Position numbers and translations under genes: made by a program. A DNA stretch of 64,000 nucleotides from Alphaproteobacteria bacterium (GTDB lineage Bacteria; Pseudomonadota; Alphaproteobacteria; Sphingomonadales; Sphingomonadaceae): the NCBI GenBank assembly GCA_019232625.1, contig JAFANP010000035.1, positions 13,512-77,511 of the forward strand. Direction: 5' to 3'. Each line of letters begins with the position of its first letter. The first letter of the stretch is position 1. Below, piece after piece: positions 45,644-53,693 of the stretch. A model generated the notes under the pieces. The model did not search any database and was not told where the DNA came from. It saw nothing but the letters and a program-made list of their open reading frames with translations.

Positions 45644-45741
45644 GCCCTTCGTCCGCGCGGCCCGACGACGCCCCCTTCGTCGCCCCGCACCCTTGCGGCG
45701 CGCGGCGGCCGCTCTATCTCGGCGGGCGAAGGAGAAACGAC

Positions 45742-46287
45742 ATGGCCGAGCGACAGGCGACCCTCGCGGGCGGATGCTTCTGGTGCACCGAGGCGGTGTT
45801 CAAGGACGTGATCGGGGTGTCGAAGGTCGAGAGCGGCTATATCGGCGGCCATGTGGCGGACCCGAGCTACAAGGCCGTGTGCGGCGGCGACACCGGCCAT
45901 GCCGAGGCGATCCGGGTCACGTTCGATCCGGAAGTCATCTCCTACGGCGAGCTGCTCGACCTCTTCTTCCACACCCACGATCCGACCCAGCTCAACCGCC
46001 AGGGCAACGACGTCGGCACGCAATATCGCTCGGCCGTCTTCCCCCACGATGCGGAGCAGGAGGCGGAGGCGCGGGCGGCGATCCGGCGCGCCGCGGCCGA
46101 CTGGCCGGCGCCGATCGTGACGACGATCGAGCCGCTCGGCCAATGGTATCCCGCCGAGGATTACCACCAGGATTATTGGGAGGGCGAAGGCCAGCGCAAT
46201 CCTTATTGCCTCGCCGTCATCCCCCCCAAGCTCGCCAAGCTGAGGAAGAGCTACGCGCACCGCGTGAAGGGAAGTGCGACGGTCTGA
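45742..46287 (+). CDS. msrA: Peptide-methionine (S)-S-oxide reductase
   Basis: [15 protein letters not shown] (GCFWC active site), ...[11 protein letters not shown]..., ...[14 protein letters not shown]... Confidence 0.9.
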   Translation: MAERQATLAGGCFWCTEAVFKDVIGVSKVESGYIGGHVADPSYKAVCGGDTGHAEAIRVTFDPEVISYGELLDLFFHTHDPTQLNRQGNDVGTQYRSAVFPHDAEQEAEARAAIRRAAADWPAPIVTTIEPLGQWYPAEDYHQDYWEGEGQRNPYCLAVIPPKLAKLRKSYAHRVKGSATV

Positions 46288-46484
46288 GCATTACTGTCAA
46301 ACCGTCGATAGGCGCGAAAATATTTTCAATATCGTTGCATCAGTGTTGCAAACGGGCGCCGCCGCATAGAAATAGCGCCGGGCAGCAAGGACTTATCGCG
46401 GCCTTGCTCTTGCCTTGACGTGCCCTCCTCGGCCAGCTTTCGCGCCGCGAGTCGTGCAACAAGCGGCTCTTCAGAGGGGGACTT

Positions 46485-47153
46485 ATGAACAGGATCTACT
46501 TCACGGCGCTTGCCGGCGCTGCGCTCATGCTCACGCCGTCCATCGCCGGGGCACAGGCGGCGCCGGCGGTCATCGCCGCGCCGGCCACGACCAACGCCAT
46601 GCTCCGGGTCGGCACCGAGGTTCCGCTGCGCCTGTCGGAGGAGCTCACCACAAAGGGCAAGAAGCTGCGCGTCGGCCAGCGTTTCCGGATGGAGACGGCG
46701 GAGCCGGTGATGGTGCAGGGCGTGACGGTGATACCGGTCGGCAGCCCCGCGGTGGGCGAGATCACCGACGTGCGCAACAAGGGCATGTGGGGCAAGTCGG
46801 GCCATCTCGGCGCGCGAATCCTCTACGTCACGGTGAACGGCCGCCAGATCCGCCTCAGCGGCCAGTTCGACGACAAGGGCGTCGCCGGCGGCGTCGGCGC
46901 GGTCGCGGTCTCGGCAGTGGTCTTCCTTCCAGCCGGCTTCTTCATGACGGGAACGAGCGCCAAGGTCCCCGCCGGGGCGATGGTGAAGGGCTTCGTCGAC
47001 GAGGACGTGCAGCTGGCGATCGCCGCCGAGGCCCCGGCGCCTCTCACGGTCGTACCGGCGAGCGCGCCGATGGCGACCACCGCCACCCCCGCCGAAGCCG
47101 CCGCCTCCGCGAAGGTCCAGGCCGCGACCCAGCCGGCGCCCCAGCCGCATTAA
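46485..47153 (+). CDS. Secreted hypothetical protein, paralog 1 of a three-member family
   Basis: Signal peptide ending AGAQA. Conserved core shared with 47605-48243 and 48240-48773. Confidence 0.6.
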   Translation: MNRIYFTALAGAALMLTPSIAGAQAAPAVIAAPATTNAMLRVGTEVPLRLSEELTTKGKKLRVGQRFRMETAEPVMVQGVTVIPVGSPAVGEITDVRNKGMWGKSGHLGARILYVTVNGRQIRLSGQFDDKGVAGGVGAVAVSAVVFLPAGFFMTGTSAKVPAGAMVKGFVDEDVQLAIAAEAPAPLTVVPASAPMATTATPAEAAASAKVQAATQPAPQPH

Positions 47154-47165
47154 GGAGAAGATCGT

Positions 47166-47546
47166 ATGAAGCTCTTGAAACTCGCGTCGGCCGCCCTGCT
47201 GGTCTCGGTCCTGTCGGCTCAGCCGGCGACGGCCAAGAAGCCGGAAAAGGCCTATGTCGTCGTCAACGAGGAGGTCGGCGTGCCGGTCTTCCCGCACGAC
47301 ATCACCGACCGCCCCTACGAGGTGATCGGCGAGGTGAAGGCCGGCGTGCGCAAGGCGACCGTGTTCAGCAAGGAAGCCTCGCAGAAGAAGATCTATCGCG
47401 AGCTTTGGGAGCGGGCGCGCAAGCTCGGCGCCGACGCGGTGATCAACGCCACCTACGGCGATTCGCACGTCTCGGCGATGAGCTGGGGCAAGACCAACGC
47501 CACCGGCACGGCGATCCGGTTCAAGCCGGTCCCGGCCGGCCAGTAA
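47166..47546 (+). CDS. Small secreted hypothetical protein
   Basis: Signal peptide MKLLKLASAALLVSVLSAQPATA. 126 aa. Sits between the paralogs. Confidence 0.55.
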   Translation: MKLLKLASAALLVSVLSAQPATAKKPEKAYVVVNEEVGVPVFPHDITDRPYEVIGEVKAGVRKATVFSKEASQKKIYRELWERARKLGADAVINATYGDSHVSAMSWGKTNATGTAIRFKPVPAGQ

Positions 47547-47604
47547 GCGCGGCGGGGGGGCCGGCCGCCGTGCCGGCCGCCTCCCCCGCGTCCGGAGGGG
47601 GATC

Positions 47605-48243
47605 ATGACCAGGAAGCATGGGGCCGCGCTGATGCTCGCGGCCTGCCTCGCGGCGCCGGTCCAGGCGCAGCCCGCCCAGGCTCCGGCGGACGCCCCGGCG
47701 CCTGCGGCCCAGCCACAGCTCGTCGTCGCGCCGCCCGCCCCGCCTCCCGGCGCCGCCGGCGGGCTGCTGGTGCCCAAGGACACGATGGTGCGCCTGATGG
47801 TGCTGAACGAGGTCAACACCCACGACGCCAAGCCGGGAAGCCGCTTCGTCCTGCGGGTGGACGAGAACGTCACCGTCGACGGCACGGTCGTGATTCCGGT
47901 CGGCGCCAAGGCCTGGGGCGAAGTGACCAGCGTCAAGGAGAATGCCGCGGGCGGCAAGGCCGGGGCGATCGGCGCCAGGCTGCTCTACGTCCAGGCGGGC
48001 GACGAGCAGCTCGCCCTCTCCGGCGAGGAAAGGTCGAAGGGCAGCAAGGGCGGCGACCGAGTCGCCCTCGCGGTCGTCGGCTTCGGCATCTTCGGCCTGC
48101 TCGCCCGGGGCACGCAGGGCAAGCTCAAGGCCGGCTTCATCTTCAACGGCTATCTGGCCGAGGATCGCCTGTTCGACGCGGCCGCCGGCAGGTTCCTGCC
48201 GCCGTCCGCCGACCCCGCCCCGGCCGCCGCCGCGGCGCAGTGA
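47605..48243 (+). CDS. Secreted hypothetical protein, paralog 2
   Basis: Signal peptide. Shares the ...GxRFxLxVxExVxVDGxVVIPxGAxxxGEV... core. Confidence 0.6.
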   Translation: MTRKHGAALMLAACLAAPVQAQPAQAPADAPAPAAQPQLVVAPPAPPPGAAGGLLVPKDTMVRLMVLNEVNTHDAKPGSRFVLRVDENVTVDGTVVIPVGAKAWGEVTSVKENAAGGKAGAIGARLLYVQAGDEQLALSGEERSKGSKGGDRVALAVVGFGIFGLLARGTQGKLKAGFIFNGYLAEDRLFDAAAGRFLPPSADPAPAAAAAQ

Positions 48244-48773
48244 TCCCGCTCCGGATCGCCGCCGCCGCGGCCGGCCTGCTGCTCGTTGCTCCGGCCGCGG
48301 CGCAGCCGCCCGAGGTGCCGCCCCCGCCGCTGCCCGCGCCTTCCGGGCCGGTCCTCAAGGCGGGGACTCGCGTGCCGATGCGCACCCGCGAGCCGCTGAG
48401 CTCCAAGACGGCCCGGCAGGGGCAGCGCTTCGACCTCGAGGTGACGGAGCCGGTGCTGGTCGACGGCCTCGTGGTCGTGCCCTTGGGCGCCCGCGGCGTC
48501 GGCGAGGTGCGGCGGGTGGTCGAGAAGGGGATGTTCGGCAAGGCGGGCAAGATCGAGGTGCAGCTGCTGTTCGTCGAGGCGGGCGGGACGCGCATCCGCC
48601 TCGGCGGCCGGGCCAAGGACAAGGGCGCCTCCGGCGCGGCGGCCGTGGCGATCGGCCTGCCGCTGGTCGGCATCTCCTCGGCCTTCGTCAGCGGCACGAG
48701 CGCCAGGATCCCGGCCGGGACTCCGATCGACGGCTACGTCTACCAGGACCTGCCGCTGCGCCCCGCGGCGTGA
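48240..48773 (+). CDS. Secreted hypothetical protein, paralog 3
   Basis: GTGA overlap with paralog 2. Same conserved core. Confidence 0.6.
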   Translation: MIPLRIAAAAAGLLLVAPAAAQPPEVPPPPLPAPSGPVLKAGTRVPMRTREPLSSKTARQGQRFDLEVTEPVLVDGLVVVPLGARGVGEVRRVVEKGMFGKAGKIEVQLLFVEAGGTRIRLGGRAKDKGASGAAAVAIGLPLVGISSAFVSGTSARIPAGTPIDGYVYQDLPLRPAA

Positions 48774-48779
48774 CCCGCC

Positions 48780-49532
48780 TCAACCCTCCATCTTGGAGAG
48801 GGCGAAGGCGGCGAGGAAGCCGGCGACGGCGATGAGGCCCGCGAAATCGTGCGTGCCCTCGAAGGCCTCGGGGACCATCGTGTCGACGATCATCGCGAGG
48901 ATCGCGCCGGCCGCGATCGACTGGACCGCGGCGATCCAGCCCAGGTCAAGCCCGGCGAAGGCGACGTAGCCGAACCAGGAGGAGAGGCCGGCGCTGAGCG
49001 CGATCGCGCTCCAGAGAAGGAAGACGGAGCGGGCGCTCCTGCCTTCGGCCTTCATCCCGGCGGCGCTCGACAGGCCCTCGGGAAGGTTGGAGAGGAAGAC
49101 GGCGATCACCGCGACGAGGCCGACGGCGCCGCCGCGAAGCAGGCTGACTCCGATGACGATCGATTCGGGAATGCCGTCGAGGAGCGCGCCCATGGCCAGG
49201 GCCGCGCCGTTGTCGCCGCCCTGGGCCCCCTCGCCGCGGACCTGCTTGTCGGAGCGCTTGCGGTGGCGGGCGCCGCGCAGGGCAAGCAGCCAGTTGCAGG
49301 CGGTGTAGACGGCGGCGCCGCCGAGGAAGCCGCCGCCGACCGGGAGGAAGCCGCCGTGCCGCCACGCCTCGTCCATCAGCTCGAACGAGAGGGCCGAGAT
49401 GAGGACTCCTGCGCCGAACGCCATGATGGCGGCGACGGTGCGACGGGACAGGCTGACGAACCAGCCGACCAGCGCGCCGATCAGCAGCGCCGAGCCGCTG
49501 AGAAGGCCCCACAGGCCGGCCTGGAGCGCCAT
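48780..49532 (-). CDS. ZIP-family divalent metal transporter
   Basis: 250 aa from an internal ATG (MALQAGLWGLLSG...). Multi-TM, ...GALLDGIPESIVIG..., ...FLSNLPEGLS... are typical of ZupT-like ZIP proteins. The upstream part of the track ORF is read-through. Confidence 0.75.
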   Translation of the reverse strand: MALQAGLWGLLSGSALLIGALVGWFVSLSRRTVAAIMAFGAGVLISALSFELMDEAWRHGGFLPVGGGFLGGAAVYTACNWLLALRGARHRKRSDKQVRGEGAQGGDNGAALAMGALLDGIPESIVIGVSLLRGGAVGLVAVIAVFLSNLPEGLSSAAGMKAEGRSARSVFLLWSAIALSAGLSSWFGYVAFAGLDLGWIAAVQSIAAGAILAMIVDTMVPEAFEGTHDFAGLIAVAGFLAAFALSKMEG

Positions 49533-49540
49533 CGGCACGG

Positions 49541-50488
49541 TCAGGCGGGCCTCGGCGCGGCGGCGCGGCGAAGGCGGTCTGCGATGGCGAGGCCGATCCC
49601 CTCGGCGGGGACCGGGGCGACGGCGATGCGGGGCTTCGAGGAGGCGTCGGCGCGATGCAGCGCGGCGAAGAGCCGGGACGCCGCTTCCTCGGGATCGGCC
49701 GTGGGGCTGAGATTGTCGTCCGCCTGCATCGCGCCGTAACCGATGAACCACTCGTCGGGGTCCGCGCGCGAGGCGTCGAGGCGCAGCGGCTTGGACGGGG
49801 CGTAGTGGCTGGCCATCATCCCGGGGGATTCGATGCCCTCCCGGCCGGGCGGGGAGGCGAGGGCGTCCGCAATGGCCACCGGCCCGGGCCGGAGCAGCCT
49901 CAGCCCGCCCGCCTCGACCTTGACGATGGTGGATTCGAGGCCGCGCCGGGTCTCGCCCCCGTCGATGACGAGGGGGATCCGGCCGCGAAGCGTCTTCAGG
50001 ACGTGCGCCGCGCAGGTCGGGCTGATCCCGCCGCTGGCATTGGCCGAGGGGGCGGCCAGGGGCCGGCCACAGGCGCGCAGGAGGTCCTGCATCGCCGGGT
50101 GGGCCGGGCTGCGCAGGGCGACGGTGTCGAGCCCGGCGGTCACCGCCGGGGCGATGCCGGCCCCCGGGCGGAGCGGCACGACGAGGGTGAGGGGCCCCGG
50201 CCACCAGCGGCGCGCCAGGGCGCGGGCGACGTCGTCGAAGACGCCGACCGCCTCCGCCTCGTCCAGCCCGCCGACGTGGACGATGAGCGGGTTGAAGGAA
50301 GGGCGGCCCTTGGCCGCGAAGACGCGGGCGACCGCGGCGGCGGAGGCGGCGTCGGCGGCGAGGCCGTACACCGTCTCGGTCGGCACCGCGACCGGCTCCC
50401 CGGCAAGCACCCGCCGCGCCGCCTCGGCGATCGCCGCCTCGCCATAAGGCAGGACCTCGGTGTCGAGCGGCTCGGTTTGCGGGGGCAT
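49541..50488 (-). CDS. L-threonylcarbamoyladenylate synthase (Sua5/YwlC-type TsaC, long form)
   Basis: ...VAVPTETVYGLAADA..., ...KGRPSFNPLIVHV..., ...LAAPSANASGGISPT... Confidence 0.85.
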   Translation of the reverse strand: MPPQTEPLDTEVLPYGEAAIAEAARRVLAGEPVAVPTETVYGLAADAASAAAVARVFAAKGRPSFNPLIVHVGGLDEAEAVGVFDDVARALARRWWPGPLTLVVPLRPGAGIAPAVTAGLDTVALRSPAHPAMQDLLRACGRPLAAPSANASGGISPTCAAHVLKTLRGRIPLVIDGGETRRGLESTIVKVEAGGLRLLRPGPVAIADALASPPGREGIESPGMMASHYAPSKPLRLDASRADPDEWFIGYGAMQADDNLSPTADPEEAASRLFAALHRADASSKPRIAVAPVPAEGIGLAIADRLRRAAAPRPA

Positions 50489-50539
50489 GGCCGCGCGCTA
50501 TAGCGACGCGAACGCTCCCGCACCATCAGGCCCGCCTCC

Positions 50540-52234
50540 ATGACCTATACGCCGCCCGTCGAAGAGCAGAAGTTCGTGCTGCGGCACATCGCCGGCATCG
50601 GCGCGCTGGCAGGCCACGCGCGGTTCGCCGAGGCGAGCGAGGAGGTGGTCGACGCCATCGTCGAGGGGGCGGGCGCCTTCGCGGCGGGCGCGTTCGCGCC
50701 GCTCAGCCGCGCGGGGGATTCGGAAGGGGCGAGATGGACCCCCGCCGGAGTCGTGATGCCCGCCGGCTTCAAGGAAGCCTATCGCGGCTATGTGGAAGGG
50801 GGCTGGGGAACGCTGGCCGGGCCGCCGGAACAGGGGGGCCAGGGGCTGCCGCTGAGCCTCGCCACCGTGGTGATGGAGGATCTCGGCTCGGCGAACATGG
50901 GCTTCTCGCTGATCATGATGCTGACGCCGGGCGCGGTCGAGGCGCTGAAGCATCACGGCTCGCCCGAGCTTCAGGCCGAATGGCTGCCCAGGCTGGTGAC
51001 CGGCGAATGGTCGGGGACGATGAACCTCACCGAGCCGCAGGCGGGCTCCGACGTCGGCGCCCTCAAGACTCGGGCCGAGCCGGTGGGAGACGGGCGCTGG
51101 CGGATCAGCGGCACCAAGATCTTCATCACCTTCGGCGACCACGATCTGACCGAGAACATCGTCCACCTGGTGCTCGCCCGAACGCCCGACGCGCCGCCGG
51201 GGACGCGCGGCATCTCGCTGTTCCTGGTGCCCAAGGTGCTGCCGGACGGGACTCCCAACGACCTGCGCTGCGTGTCGATCGAGCACAAGCTCGGCATCCA
51301 CGCCTCGCCGACCTGCGTCATGTCCTATGGCGACGAGGGACGGTGCATGGGCTGGCTGATCGGCGAGGAGCAGGGCGGCATGCGGGCGATGTTCACGATG
51401 ATGAACAACGCCCGCCTCAACGTCGGCCTGCAGGGCGTGTCGGTGGCGGAGCGCGCGACCCAGGCGGCGCTCGCCTACGCGGTGCAGCGGGTGCAGGGCG
51501 TGCGCGAGGGCCGGCCCGCCGCGATCGTCGAGCATCCCGACGTGCGGCGGATGCTGCTGAGGATGAAGGCGCTGACCCAGGCGGCGCGGGCGCTCGCTTA
51601 CTACACCGCCGGAATGACCGACCGCGCCTGCCTCGGCGAGCGAGAGGCGCAGGCGCGGGCGGACCTGCTGACCCCGCTCGTCAAGGCCTATGGCACGGAC
51701 GTGGGGGTGGAGGTCGCCAGCCTGGGCGTCCAGGTCCATGGCGGCATGGGCTACATAGAGGAGACGGGCGCGGCGCAGCATTATCGCGACGCGAGGATCT
51801 CGCCCATCTACGAGGGCACGAACGGCATACAGGCGGCGGACCTCGTCGGCCGCAAGATGGGGCTGGAAGGCGGCGCCGTGCTCGAGCGGCTGCTTGCGGA
51901 CATCGCGGCGGAGGCCGAGGGCCCGCTCTCCGAGCTCGGCGAGGCGTGCGGGCGCGTCGCGGCGCGGCTCGCGGCGGCGGCGCCGGACGACCGGCTCGCC
52001 GGCTCCTATCCCTTCCTCAATATGCTGTCGGTCGCGGTGGCGGGCTGGCTGATGCGCCGCAGCCTCGCCGCGCTGGACGGCGCGGACGTCTCCCCCGCCT
52101 TTCGCGAGGGGAAGAGCGCCGCGGCGCGTTATTATCTGGAGCAGGCGGTGCCGGAGGCGCTGGGGCTGGAAGCGCAGGCCCTCGCCGGGGCGGAGCTGCT
52201 CTATTCGGTGAGCGTGGAGGCGCTGGGGGCCTAG
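50540..52234 (+). CDS. Long-form acyl-CoA dehydrogenase
   Basis: ...WSGTMNLTEPQAGSD..., ...ISGTKIFITFGDHD..., ...QVHGGMGYIEETGAAQHYRDARISPIYEGTNGIQ... Confidence 0.8.
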   Translation: MTYTPPVEEQKFVLRHIAGIGALAGHARFAEASEEVVDAIVEGAGAFAAGAFAPLSRAGDSEGARWTPAGVVMPAGFKEAYRGYVEGGWGTLAGPPEQGGQGLPLSLATVVMEDLGSANMGFSLIMMLTPGAVEALKHHGSPELQAEWLPRLVTGEWSGTMNLTEPQAGSDVGALKTRAEPVGDGRWRISGTKIFITFGDHDLTENIVHLVLARTPDAPPGTRGISLFLVPKVLPDGTPNDLRCVSIEHKLGIHASPTCVMSYGDEGRCMGWLIGEEQGGMRAMFTMMNNARLNVGLQGVSVAERATQAALAYAVQRVQGVREGRPAAIVEHPDVRRMLLRMKALTQAARALAYYTAGMTDRACLGEREAQARADLLTPLVKAYGTDVGVEVASLGVQVHGGMGYIEETGAAQHYRDARISPIYEGTNGIQAADLVGRKMGLEGGAVLERLLADIAAEAEGPLSELGEACGRVAARLAAAAPDDRLAGSYPFLNMLSVAVAGWLMRRSLAALDGADVSPAFREGKSAAARYYLEQAVPEALGLEAQALAGAELLYSVSVEALGA

Positions 52235-52280
52235 CGACGGACGCTTGCGACCGCTGGGCGGCGACGTCGTGCCGCTTGCC

Positions 52281-53486
52281 TTAGACCATCACTTGCTTCG
52301 CCTCGCGGCGGCCGACCTGGCGGTAGATCCGGGGCCCGAGGTCGAGGCGGAAGGGGCCCATCTTGGCCGAGGGAGTCGCCGCTTCGCGGCCGACCAGCCA
52401 GGAGCGCGAGGAGCGGCCGCCGCCGCCCTCCCAGTCGTAGGCGACGTTGATCGCCACCACCGGCACGAAGATGGTTCGGCCCTGAATCTCGATCGCCCTC
52501 ACCTCCGCCTTGGGCATGCCGATCGCGCTGGTCAGGCGCAGCTCCTCGCCCGCCGGGATGGTGACGTGGGGCGAGCCGCTATGGGCATGGATCGGGCCGC
52601 CGAAGAAGTCGGCGATGTCGGGCTCCGCGCTCGCGTTGAACATCCGGGCGTCGATCCGGATGTTGCGCGCCGTCGCCGCCCCGGCGTTGCGGAGCACCAG
52701 CTCGTAATTGACCACCGTCTCGTTCTCCGTGGCGGCGGCGCGCTCGGGGACGATGTCGATCTCCAGCCAGGCGCGGGGAGCGGGCTCCTCCGCGGGAAGG
52801 GGCTCCGCGACCGCGACCGCGACCGCGGCCGGCGCGGCCGGCGCCGCCGCCGGCTCGTCCGGAATGGGGGCCGCGCCGTCGAACAGGGCGCCGCCGAGGC
52901 CGCGGCTGCCGGCGGCCTCTTGCCCGGCGAGGCCGCGGCGCCGGCGCAGGAAGAGAAAGGCGCCGAGCGCGAGAAGGACCGGCACGCCGAGCAGCCAGAG
53001 CGTCCACCCCGAGCCCTCGGACGCGGCGGAAGGGCGGGCGGCCGGCGCCGGCGCCGGCGCCATGGGCGGCGGCACCGGGACATGGACGGTCTCGGCGGCA
53101 GCCGCAGGGGGCGGCGCGGCGGCGGCGGGCGGACTTTCGGCCGCGGCGGGTGGCGGCGCGGCATTGCGCGGCGCGGCTCGGGCGCTCGAGGCGGGGGAGC
53201 TCGAGACCGGGGCGTCGCGCCGGGTGGAGGGCGCGTCGCGCCTTGCGGCCGGCGCGGGGGCCGGCGTTGTCCCCGTGGAAGCGGGACGCGTCGCGGCGGG
53301 CGCCGGCGCGGCCGGCGCGGGGGCCGGGGCCTGGCTGGGGGGCGTCGTGCGCTCGCCCGGCAGCTGGAAATCCTTGAGCTGCGGCGGGCCGACCGTGTTC
53401 GTCTCCTGCGCGAGCGCGGCGGAGGCGGCGAGGACGAGCGAGGCGAGAGCGGCGACCCGGAAGCCGCGGCGAGATCCATTCAACAT
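52281..53486 (-). CDS. Hypothetical secreted/membrane protein with a long Ala/Pro-rich linker
   Basis: Signal peptide ...AASAALAQ, a TM segment (WTLWLLGVPVLLALGAFLFL) and a beta-rich C-terminal domain. Confidence 0.5.
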   Translation of the reverse strand: MLNGSRRGFRVAALASLVLAASAALAQETNTVGPPQLKDFQLPGERTTPPSQAPAPAPAAPAPAATRPASTGTTPAPAPAARRDAPSTRRDAPVSSSPASSARAAPRNAAPPPAAAESPPAAAAPPPAAAAETVHVPVPPPMAPAPAPAARPSAASEGSGWTLWLLGVPVLLALGAFLFLRRRRGLAGQEAAGSRGLGGALFDGAAPIPDEPAAAPAAPAAVAVAVAEPLPAEEPAPRAWLEIDIVPERAAATENETVVNYELVLRNAGAATARNIRIDARMFNASAEPDIADFFGGPIHAHSGSPHVTIPAGEELRLTSAIGMPKAEVRAIEIQGRTIFVPVVAINVAYDWEGGGGRSSRSWLVGREAATPSAKMGPFRLDLGPRIYRQVGRREAKQVMV

Positions 53487-53693
53487 GTCGGCGGAAGCTT
53501 TCTTTGCCCGCTTCGCCTTATCCCGTCCGCCGCCGCCAAGTCCAGCAAGGGGAGGCCGGAACGCTCCGCACGCGCGCCATTCCGCGCCGTCGCGGCCCCG
53601 GAGCGGCGAGCCGAGGCTGGCGCCGCCCCGCGCCTTCCCCTATGTCGCTGCCATAGCTCGACAAACCGGCGCCGCCCGGGCGGGGAAACATTG

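Noticed and set aside
52245-53693. N-terminal ~480 codons of the track ORF 52245-56504 (and the antisense ORF 54195-56585)
   Set aside because: The real M16 peptidase begins at the signal peptide at 53694. The upstream part is antisense to the 52281-53486 gene and is Arg/Gly-rich.
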